Shown: piece by piece, positions 9,153 through 19,366 of the stretch
Layout: each line of letters opens with the position of its first letter
How positions within the stretch are numbered: the first letter of the stretch is position 1
Source of the DNA: Candidatus Micrarchaeota archaeon CG1_02_51_15
GTDB taxonomy: Archaea > Micrarchaeota > Micrarchaeia > Norongarragalinales > UBA8480
Direction of reading: 5' to 3'
NCBI GenBank assembly: GCA_001871495.1
Contig: MNVG01000044.1
Span: 74 to 64,073 of the forward strand
DNA length: 64,000 nucleotides
Program-made: the position numbers and the translations under genes
Notes under the pieces: generated by a model
What the model was told of the DNA's origin: nothing
The model's database searches: none
Seen by the model: the letters and a program-made list of their open reading frames with translations, nothing else

Positions 9153-9794
9153 TTACTTGACTTTTTTGCCGCAAAGCAAGTCGCCTGCATCACCGAGGCC
9201 GGGCACAATATAGCCTTTTTCGTTTAGTTGTTTGTCGACTACCGCAGCGATTACAAGAACGTCAGGGTGTTCGCTCTCGAGCTTGATTATACCTTCAGGA
9301 GCGGCAAAGGCGCATTGCACGATTATTTTAGTTGGCCCGTGTTTTTTCAACAGTGAGCACACTGAACTGGTCGTTCCACCAGTCGCAAGCATCGGATCTA
9401 CTATTATCACTTCCCTTCCAACGACGTCGTTCAACGCAAGGTAGTAGACCGTGCATTCAAGGGTTTCCTCGTTACGCGATGCAGCTATTACCGTTGTTTC
9501 GGATTCACGGAATACTTCCAGGTTTCCACTTAGCATTGCAGTTCCCGCGCGCAACACGTTAACCAAAACTGGCGCGTGTGCGGTTACTCTATGTTTTGCA
9601 GTACCCAAGACAGACCCGACTTCGACCTCTTTTTGTTCGAGGAACTCCGAGGTTTTAGCAGCCAATAATATTCCCAACAACTTCATGTTGGCAGAGAAGA
9701 TAAAGCGGTTTTTCTGGAGTTCGGGATTGCGCAACTCGCAAAGAAGTTGTTGCACTACCGGGTTTTTCTTCAATTCAATTACTTTTTCTTCCAC
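9153..9794 (-). CDS. upp: Uracil phosphoribosyltransferase
   Basis: PRPP-binding VDPMLATGGT and the UPRT signature YIVPGLGDAGD. Confidence 0.85.
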   Translation of the reverse strand: MEEKVIELKKNPVVQQLLCELRNPELQKNRFIFSANMKLLGILLAAKTSEFLEQKEVEVGSVLGTAKHRVTAHAPVLVNVLRAGTAMLSGNLEVFRESETTVIAASRNEETLECTVYYLALNDVVGREVIIVDPMLATGGTTSSVCSLLKKHGPTKIIVQCAFAAPEGIIKLESEHPDVLVIAAVVDKQLNEKGYIVPGLGDAGDLLCGKKVK

Positions 9795-9817
9795 TGCAAT
9801 CCACGCTCCTCTTGGTT

Positions 9818-11179
9818 TTAGAAACCAACGTGTTTTTTCCTCAGCTGCAAATACTTAGTTTTCAATGCCGGGTTCATGCCCAGTTCCATGCTTACGGCGT
9901 TGCCTATCAGCCGAGGCATGCTGCAGCCCGGGCAAGGTTTGGCAGCTGCTTGCGCGAGCACGTGCTGGTTTGAAAGGTATTCGTGAATTTCTTCGTTGCT
10001 CATGCTCCAAACTTGTTTGTCATCCAACGTAACCGTTTCGTCATTCCAGAAACAGCCAAGGTGGCCGCCAAAGACTCCAGAGTCCGAGGCCTTGCCTGAC
10101 TTGCCTATTTGCAAGTAAGCATTGGCCCGCCCTGCGGCGTAGCATTTCCAAAGGCCGTAGCCGCTTAGCGCAAGGCGCAGTTCTTGGCCTGAAAAGGTTT
10201 CGAACGCCGCCTTCTGAAGCAGCCAATAATGAAGCCGCGGAACGAACTTCTTGCTTTGCCCCACTTGCTTGAGTTGTTCGTTTATCATCGAGTCCGAAAA
10301 TTTTTCGAGCAGCGCCTCGTGCTCTTTTGCGAACACGGCATCACCGTGGTAAAACGAACTTTGTGCAAAATAAGGGTTTTTCTTGGCAAGCGGAAAGTGT
10401 TGGTCTAACGCGTCAAGAATTTTCATTATTTCACCGATGTTTCCCGGGTGCACCACGACGTTAAACATTACGCTCACCCTGCCTTTAGCAACCTTTGCGG
10501 CGTGGATTGCTTCATATGCTTTTTTTTCCTGACTGCACGAAGGTATTGTGCTCCACTCGCGTCTTATTCCCTCCAAATCCATTGCGCAAAGCTCGTGAAT
10601 CCTTTCCGCACTCAAGCCGTCTGCGCTTAATGCAATCAAGTCCAACTGGCTTGAAAGTATTCTTTCGCCAAGCTTCTTGTTTTTAATCAACGGACTCCCG
10701 GTAGTAGTGAGAATAACCGTGAAACCGCCTTGTTCTTTCTTGAGTTCGGAAACCACTTCGCATACGCCCGGATGCCAGCCTGCCTCACCCCCAAATAGGT
10801 TGACGTCCACTTTTTTCCCGCTTGCCCACAACAATTGCTTGAACACGCCGGCGTGTTCCTGCGGAATGCAGGAATCTACAGCGTAATCGTCAAAGGAATA
10901 CTGTAGGAAAATATCCCTCGACTGCCTCAAGGCTTGAGCGGCGTTCTTTATTCCACAAGCCAAATACCGCGCAGGAGCCAAACTGGTCAATTCAACGTAA
11001 TCTCGAGCAACCGGACACACGTAATTGCCTTCCGAAGTACAATGATGGTCGCAATAAGTGCCTTCACGATTTACTGCTCCAGCCGCACCACAAGCACGGC
11101 CTACTACCGCGTTTATCTGGATGCCCGGCCCGCCGACCATGCCCGTTTCCTGAAAAAGTTGTTCGACATTATTTTCCAT
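9818..11179 (-). CDS. Radical-SAM-like protein with a C-terminal Cys cluster (SPASM/twitch-like). The Cys motif is non-canonical.
   Basis: N-terminal Cys triad CDHHC...C (spacing CX3CX7C) rather than CX3CX2C. A GGE-type block (NLFGGEAGWHPGV), a VVVHPGN block, and C-terminal Cys residues (WKCY, GCFW, CPGC). Confidence 0.4.
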   Translation of the reverse strand: MENNVEQLFQETGMVGGPGIQINAVVGRACGAAGAVNREGTYCDHHCTSEGNYVCPVARDYVELTSLAPARYLACGIKNAAQALRQSRDIFLQYSFDDYAVDSCIPQEHAGVFKQLLWASGKKVDVNLFGGEAGWHPGVCEVVSELKKEQGGFTVILTTTGSPLIKNKKLGERILSSQLDLIALSADGLSAERIHELCAMDLEGIRREWSTIPSCSQEKKAYEAIHAAKVAKGRVSVMFNVVVHPGNIGEIMKILDALDQHFPLAKKNPYFAQSSFYHGDAVFAKEHEALLEKFSDSMINEQLKQVGQSKKFVPRLHYWLLQKAAFETFSGQELRLALSGYGLWKCYAAGRANAYLQIGKSGKASDSGVFGGHLGCFWNDETVTLDDKQVWSMSNEEIHEYLSNQHVLAQAAAKPCPGCSMPRLIGNAVSMELGMNPALKTKYLQLRKKHVGF

Positions 11180-11219
11180 TCAAAACTACTCCGCTATTGC
11201 AAAACGCGTTGCTGTAAAG

Positions 11220-12278
11220 TCAGTAAAGGGCCTCCGCATTCAACGGGTAGTTGGTTGCCTGGCGAATGTCCGAAAAACCAAGTACGCTTTGGGAAACACG
11301 TGAAAAACCGACGCCGCAACCAGAGTGCAAAACCGGATTTTCGCTTACGAGGTTAAGGTAGTCTTCAAACTCGCTTATTGCAACCCCGCGTTTGCTGAGT
11401 ATCTTGAACATAGGGCTTTTCAACAAGCGGTCGTACAACAACGGAAAGTCATCCTCGCGTTCTGCCGAACCAACCGCCTCGCCGCTGAAAGGCAAGACCA
11501 AATCCGCGCTGTTTACCACCAACGGGTTCTCGCGGTTCTGCCTCATGTTGAAAAACTTTATCGCCTTCGGATAGTGGGTTATGAAAGTCGGCCTGCCTCC
11601 CAGTTTGTCTACGAGAAACAGTTCGTGACCGTGCTTCAAGTCCGAACCCCATTGGATTTCAAGCGGAGTGCCTTCGAACATCCTTATTGCATCCGAGTAA
11701 GTAATGCGGTTGAACCGCATTAAGTAAGTGCTTAGCTCCCGCATGCTACGGCCCAGCGACTCGATCTCGGCGCCTGAACGGCATATTGCAGAAGCAAACA
11801 TTGCCTTCAAGAGACCTTCTATATTCGCAAGGAGGCTCTCAAAGTCGCCTTGGTGCTCGAACTCCAAAAGCTGAAACTGGTTCAAATGCCTGCTGTCTAC
11901 GCCCGCTTCCGCACGCGAGCTCGTTATTACCGTCCAGATTTTCTTGTGCCGCGGAATTTTAGCTTCCAAATAAAGCTGGCCGGTCTGCGCAAGGTAAGCG
12001 CACTTGCCGAAGTGGTCCAGCGAATAAAGCGTATCCACGTTCTCGCACGCGCCGGTAATCTTGGTCATTGTAGGAACGTCCATCCACGCGAATCCGTTAT
12101 CGCGGAAGTAATTCAACGCCCCCCAATACAACGCGTCGTTAACCTTGTCCACTGCCTCTGCAACTTCCGTGTTTATCGCGTCAAACCGCCCCGCCGTGCT
12201 TTTTAGCGCCTCAACCTGCTGCAACTGCATAACCCAAACCACCTTCTGCAACGGAAGTTGACGCAAGGTTATTAACAA
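11220..12278 (-). CDS. Class II aaRS-like paralog lacking an anticodon-binding domain: archaeal asparagine synthetase A-like (AsnRS-related)
   Basis: Motif-2-like TSSRAEAGVDSRHLNQFQLLEFE and motif 3 PHSGCGVGFSRV. There is no N-terminal OB fold, and the size matches AS-AR type enzymes. Confidence 0.55.
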   Translation of the reverse strand: MLITLRQLPLQKVVWVMQLQQVEALKSTAGRFDAINTEVAEAVDKVNDALYWGALNYFRDNGFAWMDVPTMTKITGACENVDTLYSLDHFGKCAYLAQTGQLYLEAKIPRHKKIWTVITSSRAEAGVDSRHLNQFQLLEFEHQGDFESLLANIEGLLKAMFASAICRSGAEIESLGRSMRELSTYLMRFNRITYSDAIRMFEGTPLEIQWGSDLKHGHELFLVDKLGGRPTFITHYPKAIKFFNMRQNRENPLVVNSADLVLPFSGEAVGSAEREDDFPLLYDRLLKSPMFKILSKRGVAISEFEDYLNLVSENPVLHSGCGVGFSRVSQSVLGFSDIRQATNYPLNAEALY

Positions 12279-12310
12279 TTGTTGTAGAATTATTTACGAC
12301 AGTTGATGGA

Positions 12311-13036
12311 ATGGATTTGGAAAGGATATTGACCCACTCGTGCGGGTTGTCGCGCAACGAAGCCCGCGTTTACCTCGCACTAGTAAGGGAAGGCTCGTGC
12401 AAAGCGGGAAAGGTTGCTAAGACTGCCGAAATAGACCGTACTTCCGCCTATAATTCGCTTAAGCTGCTTTTGGAAAAAGGGCTTGCGTCGTACGTGACAA
12501 TAGGTAAGGTCAAGCGGTTTCAGGCATCCGACCCAAAGAACCTCCGGAACTACCTTCAAGGCAGGCTGGAAGAGGTTTCGGAGGCAGTGCCTATTTTGGA
12601 AAAGGAGTATGCGGCAACTAAACTCCAGAGCAACGTGCGACTATACAAAGGAACGAAAGGAATTAAGACGGTACTGGGAATGGTGCTTAATCAAAACGGG
12701 GAAAACTGCGTGTTTGGCTCGGAGAGCCAGTTGGATTCGACACTGCCTGCGTTCGCGGCCCAGTTCAAAGCACAACTGGAGAGAAAGAAAATACGCACGC
12801 GCAACCTCGTGCGCAAAGGACGGGCAGTAGCCGAAACGCGGTTGCGGAAAGTAAGGTTCGTTGCCCAAAAGACGGAGTCGCCTGTTGTAACCAACATTTT
12901 CGGAAACAAGATACTGATAATAATCTGGAGCAACCCCCCTGAAGCCATCCTAGTGGACAATTCCAGCGCAGCAGCGGCTTACCGCGGCTATTTCGACTTC
13001 ATGTGGGGGCACGCCGAAAAGAAAAAACGCGGCTAA
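12311..13036 (+). CDS. TrmB-family transcriptional regulator
   Basis: N-terminal winged HTH (LSRNEARVYLALVREG...KVAKTAEIDRTSAYNSLKLLLEKGL) plus a C-terminal sensor-like domain of ~240 aa. Confidence 0.65.
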   Translation: MDLERILTHSCGLSRNEARVYLALVREGSCKAGKVAKTAEIDRTSAYNSLKLLLEKGLASYVTIGKVKRFQASDPKNLRNYLQGRLEEVSEAVPILEKEYAATKLQSNVRLYKGTKGIKTVLGMVLNQNGENCVFGSESQLDSTLPAFAAQFKAQLERKKIRTRNLVRKGRAVAETRLRKVRFVAQKTESPVVTNIFGNKILIIIWSNPPEAILVDNSSAAAAYRGYFDFMWGHAEKKKRG

Positions 13037-13060
13037 CATCTGCCCTTGCGTTCAGGACGT

Positions 13061-14545
13061 TCAGGAAGAAGCCTGTCTTTTCGTCGCTTCTTCCGCATAA
13101 TACCTTGAAAGGAATGAGTTGAAGTCTTTTTGGGTGGAAACTCCTTTTTCACGGAGGTATTCCAGCACGCGGCTGCGGGACTCGACTTCTGCTGAAACCG
13201 CGCTGATTGTTGTCCGCGAGGCCTTTGCCAAACGCTCGTATAACGTGATTGGGACGTCGGTCCGGTTTATTTCCTGGAGTTCGTCGTCCCACTTGAAGAT
13301 TTCGTTCAATGAAATCTGTTCGTCCATGGCGGAAACTTCGCTTACTTGAGTGACGCGCCGTATTGCCGCGCCGGTTGATGAGGGAATTTTTTGCTGAACT
13401 ATGATTACGTTCACTAACGGGATTAGCGAACGGGGTACGTTCATGGGCGCGTTTTCAAGCCGCTTGACCGCCTCGCGGGCGGTGTAGGCGTGCATTGTCC
13501 CTATTACTCCGCGCTGGCCGACGTTCATTGCAGTGAAGAGGGTTATGGCTTCGCTTCCGCGCACTTCGCCTACTAACAGGCGGTCGGGCCGCATTCTCAG
13601 CGTGTTGCGCAACAGTTCGTCCAAGCTTATCTTATCGGTTGCTTCCAATGCAATCCAGTCTTCGCAGGCAGGCAGACTTATTTCCCGCGTGTCTTCGACG
13701 GTGATGACGCGTTCGTGTGGCGGAATCAGTGCGGCAATGGACTTGAGAGTGGATGTTTTTCCCGAAGCAGGCCCGCCTACTACTAATATGTTTAACGGAA
13801 GGCTTCCGAGACCGTCGACGCAGGTCCACAGGAAGCCGCCGAGTTCGGGTGAAAGCGTACGGTTTGAAATCAGGTCTATGAGCGTCAGTTGGTTCCTGCT
13901 GAAGCGCCTTATTGTAGCAGCGGGTTCGGAAACAGTTGGCGGGAACATTACGTTTATGCGGCTGCCGTCAGGCAAGCGGCCGTCGTAGTAGTGGGAAGCA
14001 TTGGCCCCGCAGACTTGCATTAGAAACTCACGGTATTCCTTGTCGGAAGCAAACTGCAAGTCGGAACGGCATACGCCGTGCTTGCGGTGGACCACCATCA
14101 CCGGCTTTTTGACGCCGTTGACCATTATTTCTTCCAAGTCAAAGTCTTCAAACAAGGGTTGTATAACGTGAAAACCGTGCATTTTCGCGGCAACCGCGTG
14201 CGAAATGCCTTCTGACTCTGGGAGTCCGGTGAAAAGCTTCTTCAAGTCTGCCAAAAGCTTTTGCCAAGACAGTGCAGGCAATGGCTTGCCGAGTTCGGAG
14301 GCATCGGCTTCGCGCACGAACTTTTCGACTTCTTCAACTCGTTCTGCCAGACCGTGTTTTTCACAAAATTCTTTTGGGGAAGTCCTGCGTTTTACGGTTG
14401 AAACAAAGTCGTCGACAACTGCCTTGGCTTCAGGCGACAAGCCGTCTTTCGAACAATAGTACTCCGAAAAAGGATAGGCGGCGAGAATCTTGGCCATAAA
14501 CGCGTTAGCCGAGCCAAGAATTAAAACCTGCCGAAACCTATACAT
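13061..14545 (-). CDS. Type II/IV secretion-family ATPase (FlaI/ArlI or pilus ATPase-like). Orphan copy.
   Basis: Walker A VVGGPASGKTSTL, Walker B/Asp box, and a His box region (GTMHA). Confidence 0.75.
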   Translation of the reverse strand: MYRFRQVLILGSANAFMAKILAAYPFSEYYCSKDGLSPEAKAVVDDFVSTVKRRTSPKEFCEKHGLAERVEEVEKFVREADASELGKPLPALSWQKLLADLKKLFTGLPESEGISHAVAAKMHGFHVIQPLFEDFDLEEIMVNGVKKPVMVVHRKHGVCRSDLQFASDKEYREFLMQVCGANASHYYDGRLPDGSRINVMFPPTVSEPAATIRRFSRNQLTLIDLISNRTLSPELGGFLWTCVDGLGSLPLNILVVGGPASGKTSTLKSIAALIPPHERVITVEDTREISLPACEDWIALEATDKISLDELLRNTLRMRPDRLLVGEVRGSEAITLFTAMNVGQRGVIGTMHAYTAREAVKRLENAPMNVPRSLIPLVNVIIVQQKIPSSTGAAIRRVTQVSEVSAMDEQISLNEIFKWDDELQEINRTDVPITLYERLAKASRTTISAVSAEVESRSRVLEYLREKGVSTQKDFNSFLSRYYAEEATKRQASS

Positions 14546-14548
14546 TGC

Positions 14549-15979
14549 ATGCCAAAAAAAGCATTGAACCCTGAAATAACCCGCCGCACAATCGAAACAA
14601 TTGCCGAGAAAGTAGCCAAAATAGTCTCACCCACCCCGCGCGAAGCAGGTGAAGAAAAGGAATTCGCTTCAAAACTATCTTCATTGATAGCTAAAGAATT
14701 GAAGAACGAAGCCGAAATACGTTTCGTGGGCTCTGCCGCACGCGACACCGGACTCGCAGACGACATGGATATTGACTTGTTCGTAACATTCCCGTCTTCG
14801 TTCTCGCGCGAGAACATAATACGCCGCACGCTGGCAGCAACCAAGAAAGTCATCAAAGCAAAGTGGCTAATGAAATACGCCGAACACCCCTACCTCCAGA
14901 CAAAAATAGGTAAGTTTCAAGTGGAGGTAATCCCTTGCTTTCGTATAGCTCCGCACGAGCCAATCAAAAGCGCGGTAGACCGTTCTCCACTGCACATGGA
15001 CTACTTACAGAAAAAACTGTCGGAAAAACAGAAGCGCGACGTGCGCGTACTCAAAAAACTGTTGAAGAATGCAGGGTTATACGGCGCGGAAGTGGAGGTC
15101 CAAGGATTTTCAGGCCTGGTTTGCGAACAACTCGTGCTGAACTACCGCTCGCTTGCAGGACTCGTTGAAAACGCCAAGGACTGGCGCGCGCCGGTAGTAG
15201 TCGACATCGAAGCGGCTTATCCGAACAAGAAAGACGCAATCGAGAAATTCCCGGAGTCAGCAATCGTCTTAATCGACGCAATAGACCGCAACCGCAACGC
15301 AGCCGCCGCAATAAGCGCGACGAACGCAAGCAAGTTCGTCTGCTTGTGCCGCGCCTTCTGGCAAACCCCGTCCAACCCCAATTTCTTCTTCCGCAAGCTG
15401 GCCTCACCCAACTGGACGAAGCTCGGCGCAGCCATCGGCAAACGTAGCCACTCCATACTCGGGCTAGAACTAAACAAGCCCGACGAAGTGGAAGACATCC
15501 TCGTGCCCCAACTCCGCAAGACAACCCAGTCAATAGCGCGCCATTTGCAGCTGCTGGACTTCCGCGTCCTCGACTCTACTTCCTTCTCAAGCGCGGAAAA
15601 AAGCTACATGGTCTTCGAACTCGAGTCCGACTCCATTCCCGAAATCAAGAAAATCCAAGGCCCCCCCGTTTCGGATGCTGTTGCGTGCGAACGCTTCCTC
15701 TCCGTTCACTCACCTTCCGACTGGTTGCGCGGGCCGTACGTCGAAGGCGAACGCATCCTGGTTGAAAAGCAACGGAAAACGACGGACGCAAACGAAGCTT
15801 TGAAACAAGTGCTCGGTAACCCCGTCAAGGCAGGCGCTGCCCCGCACCTGGTCGCAACCATCAAGAAAGCCAAAATCCTCGACGGACAGCAACTTATTGC
15901 AAGCAAGTCCCTCGACTCCCCTGCCCTGCAGGCGCTGGAATACTTCATAAACCGGAAAGACTGGTGGCTCGCGAAGTAA
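14549..15979 (+). CDS. cca: Archaeal class I CCA-adding enzyme (tRNA nucleotidyltransferase)
   Basis: Pol-beta-like NTase signature GSAARDTGLADDMDIDLFV and ~470 aa with archaeal CCA architecture. Confidence 0.85.
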   Translation: MPKKALNPEITRRTIETIAEKVAKIVSPTPREAGEEKEFASKLSSLIAKELKNEAEIRFVGSAARDTGLADDMDIDLFVTFPSSFSRENIIRRTLAATKKVIKAKWLMKYAEHPYLQTKIGKFQVEVIPCFRIAPHEPIKSAVDRSPLHMDYLQKKLSEKQKRDVRVLKKLLKNAGLYGAEVEVQGFSGLVCEQLVLNYRSLAGLVENAKDWRAPVVVDIEAAYPNKKDAIEKFPESAIVLIDAIDRNRNAAAAISATNASKFVCLCRAFWQTPSNPNFFFRKLASPNWTKLGAAIGKRSHSILGLELNKPDEVEDILVPQLRKTTQSIARHLQLLDFRVLDSTSFSSAEKSYMVFELESDSIPEIKKIQGPPVSDAVACERFLSVHSPSDWLRGPYVEGERILVEKQRKTTDANEALKQVLGNPVKAGAAPHLVATIKKAKILDGQQLIASKSLDSPALQALEYFINRKDWWLAK

Positions 15980-16032
15980 ACTCCGGCCGATAGAATGCGT
16001 GAAATAAATCACTTTCCGGAATAATAGTACAG

Positions 16033-16693
16033 TCAGTTGTCGTACTCCTTGTGCGTTGCAAAACAATGCTCGGCTAAGATAGTCTGCGTTTCCTCGTCAA
16101 AGGGGTAGACGAGCCGCGCCGAACGCGTCACCTCTTCCTTGAAAAACGGGACTCCCTTCTTCAAATGCTTTTTTGCCGCCGTGCGCCTGGCCAACCGTAG
16201 CCCAGTGAAGCGCGTTGTGCAATAGAAACAGCCGCACTGCATCCAAGGAAAAGAACTGCCGTTCGCGCGCGTCCAAAACGGCGGTTTGCCTACCGCAACT
16301 CCTTTTTTCGACTCTGCTTCGCGCCCAATGAGTTGACTACTAACTGCGTGCGAGTTACCGCGTGCACACGTGGCCTCCGCCCAACAGGCGACCAAAATCA
16401 GTGCCTTCCTTAACAACGCCTGCAACGGCAAACGTTGCCTTTCCTAGCACGATGACAACCTTCGACGCTTCTTCCTTGTTTTTCAGGGTTTTAGCTGCTT
16501 CAAAGTAAAGCCTGTCAAAACGAGAAAAGTAATTTCCTGCTTCCTCTCCGCTTATTTTGAGTTCGCGCCTAACGCCGCGCCCGTAAAGGTATTTGCTGTT
16601 AATTCCTTCGCATTCCCGAATTATATTTTCGACCGACGTTCTTTGTTCTGCCTGCATTTGCTCACGTTCCGCTTGGATTCGCCTAACTCGCAT
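16033..16693 (-). pseudogene. Two overlapping ORFs (16355..16693 and 16033..16431) in different frames immediately downstream of rad50. Possible frameshifted gene of unknown function.
   Basis: The upstream ORF ends GGGHVCTR* and the downstream frame continues ...CARGNSHAVSSQL through the same nucleotides. No family recognised. Confidence 0.3.
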
Positions 16694-19346
16694 TCATTTC
16701 GTTGCGGCGAAATGAAGGTGTCGAAATGTCCGCCGACATTTCGCACATTTCCTGCACGCTGGACTTGTCCCCCCGTTCCTTATCGCGCTCCACGAAGAAC
16801 ACTTTGGCGCTCGCGCCTTCTTTCAGGGCTTCGTCGTGCGTGATTATGAACGTCTGCTCGACTATTTTTGGGATTTGCTCGTGCAGCGCACGGCACAACA
16901 ACGCAACTGCCTGGCGGTCGAGGTTGTGCGTGGGCTCGTCTAACACCAGCCAACTGAGTTCCGGCGTTAGTACCATTGCGAATGCCACGCGCATTGCAAG
17001 TGCGGCGCAGCTGCGTTCGCCGCCTGAAACGCCTTCGACTGAAGTCCACTCGCCGTCCAACGAACTGAGTTCCAGCGAGTAGTCGTCTTCGCTTGCGTTC
17101 AAGCGCGCGCACGAATAATCCGCATAAGGGTACACTGAAGGCCATAGCGACGCCATTGCCTCGTTGACTGCTTCAACGAGTTCTGTTCGTAGCAGCGACT
17201 GGGTTTCAACCAGCGCTTCTTGGAAAACAGTCATTTCCGACAGGCGTTTTGCAGCCAGTAGCGCTTCTTTTTCCACTGCGGCGGCAGAAGAAAGTAATTC
17301 CCGCCTGCTTGAAGCAAGCTTTTTCTTTTCTTCAACGAGTTTCGAAAGCCCTTCGTTTTCGGCACTGGCGCGGGAAAATGCGGAATTGCATTGCAGTGCC
17401 TTGGCACGGCAGTCTGCAAGCTCGGCTGGAGAGAACAAAAGTTTTTGGAGTTCGGTTTCAACCGCAACTGCTTTGGCTGTTGATTGGAAGAGCGCGTCTT
17501 CAGCGGCGAAGACTTCACGCGCGGATTCGAGTTCGGCCAAGCGTTTTTCGGCTTGTTCCAAAGCGTTTTCGCTGAATTGTTTCAACAGCGCGTCGGCCTT
17601 ATCGCGTGCCGCGCTTGAATTGGACTGTGCTTGGGCAGCGGATGCAAAAAGCCTTTCTTTCTCAACTGCTTTTTCTAGTAACAAACGCGCGGCTTCCAGC
17701 GACTCCTCGGATTTTTTCAACACGACCAATAGAGAGCCGCGTTTTCCAGTTTTTTCTCCTGCAAGAGCAACTGCATTCGAAAGCGAGTTTTTGGTTTCTC
17801 CGGCTTTTTCAACTGTCTTTTGCAGCAATTCCTTTTCCTGCATCAAACGCAGCCTTGCAGATGCTTTTTCCGCTTGCTTCTTTTCTTCGGCGCAAGACTC
17901 CTGCAGTTTCAATCTTGCGGCATTGGATTCGGAAAGCGTTTTTTCCAACAGCGCGCGTTTTTCGGAATGCAGACCCGTCTTTTTTTCAGGAGGAAGGATT
18001 GAATCGCACACCGGGCAGGCGGCCGCGTCGGTTGAAAGCGAGTGCAACGCGGATTCCAATTGTTTTGCAGAGGCGTCAAGAGAAGCAGTCAAGTCGCGCA
18101 ATGCCGCGGATTCAACGCGCAGGCGCTCCGCTGCAGCTTCAGCGCCTTCAAAGGAAGCGATTTCCGTTTCCACTTGCGAAAACCGCGCGGCTTTTTCCTC
18201 GCATTCCCGACATTGCTTGGCGAGCGCGTCGGCAGAGGCGTTGGCTTGCGCAACTTCGGCATCGAGTTCCGAAGCCTGCTTTCGCAATGAAGCGAGTTCG
18301 GTTTGCAGGCGTTGCACTTCCTGTTTTTGCAAAGAGGCGGAAATGACTTCGCCAAGCGCGGCCGCTTCTTTAGCGCTTGAGCCGGCCTGGAGGGAAAGCG
18401 CGCGCGCCTCGCCTTGGGCTTCTCGAAGTTGCTGCAGTCCTTTTCTGAGTTCGGCTGCCTTTGCTTCGACAGTCGGCTTTTCAAGCAGTTCCTCGCGCGA
18501 AACACTTCGGGAAAGCAGTGCCTTGCGGTAATCGCGTTGGGACGCGAAGTTTTTTGCAAGAGCGTCGGCGCTCGCTTTTTCGCGTTGGAGTGAATTGAAT
18601 TGTTTTTCGCGCGCTTCGAGCGCGGTAAGCGCGAGTGCCGATTCTTTGGATTGCGCTTCCAAGTCCCGCAATTGGGATGCGATGTTAGCGCGCCGTTCTT
18701 CGAGTTCTTTTGTTTCGGTTGCCAGCGCAGTAAGTTCGGCGCGTGCTTTTTCGAGTTCGTTTTTGTTGACGCGCGAATCGAGTTCTTCCTTCAACGAATT
18801 GAGGCGGTTGATTACTGCAGCAGAAGAAGAACGGGCGTCTTCGAAACGGCTTATGCCCAGCAGTTCATCCACTTGCTTCTTGCGTTCGCCGCGGCCTAGG
18901 GAAACGAAGTAGTCAATACGGTTTTGTTCCGAGTAAATGCTGCGCGCAAACAACTCGTAGTCTACTTTCAAGAGCCCTTCGACTGCTTCGGTTACGCGCT
19001 GGCTTTGAGGCCCTTCTAGAAGCGTTCCGTTTTTTTCTCGCAGAAACGCTTCGGAAGCGCCTTGAGAAACCGAGCGGCTCACCACAAAAGACTTGCCGTT
19101 TGAATCGAACTCCAACGAAACTTCGGCTTTGGAATGGCGGATTGGCCGCCGCATTATCAAATCGTCGAGCTTGACGCGCCTGCTTTTGAGGCTTGGAAAA
19201 GTTCCGTACAACGCGAAGCAGACTGCATCAATCAAGGAAGTCTTGCCGCTGCCCATTGAGCCTATAATGAGGTTCGTGCCCTTGCCGAAGCAAACTTCGG
19301 TGGACTCGTGGCTCTTCCAGTTACGGAGTTTAACGCAGTGAATCAT
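16683..19346 (-). CDS. rad50: DNA double-strand break repair ATPase Rad50
   Basis: N-terminal Walker A GSMGSGKTS, a long Ala/Glu/Leu-rich coiled coil with a central CPVCD zinc hook, and a C-terminal signature/D-loop LVLDEPTHNLD. Confidence 0.85.
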   Translation of the reverse strand: MIHCVKLRNWKSHESTEVCFGKGTNLIIGSMGSGKTSLIDAVCFALYGTFPSLKSRRVKLDDLIMRRPIRHSKAEVSLEFDSNGKSFVVSRSVSQGASEAFLREKNGTLLEGPQSQRVTEAVEGLLKVDYELFARSIYSEQNRIDYFVSLGRGERKKQVDELLGISRFEDARSSSAAVINRLNSLKEELDSRVNKNELEKARAELTALATETKELEERRANIASQLRDLEAQSKESALALTALEAREKQFNSLQREKASADALAKNFASQRDYRKALLSRSVSREELLEKPTVEAKAAELRKGLQQLREAQGEARALSLQAGSSAKEAAALGEVISASLQKQEVQRLQTELASLRKQASELDAEVAQANASADALAKQCRECEEKAARFSQVETEIASFEGAEAAAERLRVESAALRDLTASLDASAKQLESALHSLSTDAAACPVCDSILPPEKKTGLHSEKRALLEKTLSESNAARLKLQESCAEEKKQAEKASARLRLMQEKELLQKTVEKAGETKNSLSNAVALAGEKTGKRGSLLVVLKKSEESLEAARLLLEKAVEKERLFASAAQAQSNSSAARDKADALLKQFSENALEQAEKRLAELESAREVFAAEDALFQSTAKAVAVETELQKLLFSPAELADCRAKALQCNSAFSRASAENEGLSKLVEEKKKLASSRRELLSSAAAVEKEALLAAKRLSEMTVFQEALVETQSLLRTELVEAVNEAMASLWPSVYPYADYSCARLNASEDDYSLELSSLDGEWTSVEGVSGGERSCAALAMRVAFAMVLTPELSWLVLDEPTHNLDRQAVALLCRALHEQIPKIVEQTFIITHDEALKEGASAKVFFVERDKERGDKSSVQEMCEMSADISTPSFRRNEMNAS

Positions 19347-19366
19347 GTCACTGCAAATTAAGCGAC

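Noticed and set aside
14521-14856. 111-aa minus-strand ORF
   Set aside because: It overlaps the 5' end of the well-supported cca gene on the opposite strand and has no motifs.
16033-16693. Considered Mre11 as the identity of the gene(s) downstream of rad50
   Set aside because: No DxH / GDxxD / GNHE / GHxH phosphoesterase motifs are present, and the region is far too small for a nuclease plus capping domain.
17164-18531. A 455-aa Ser/Ala-rich ORF on the plus strand, with several other 100-250-aa ORFs in the same span
   Set aside because: It lies entirely antisense to the rad50 coiled-coil coding region. The low-complexity composition is the mirror of Ala/Glu/Leu codons, so these are shadow ORFs.
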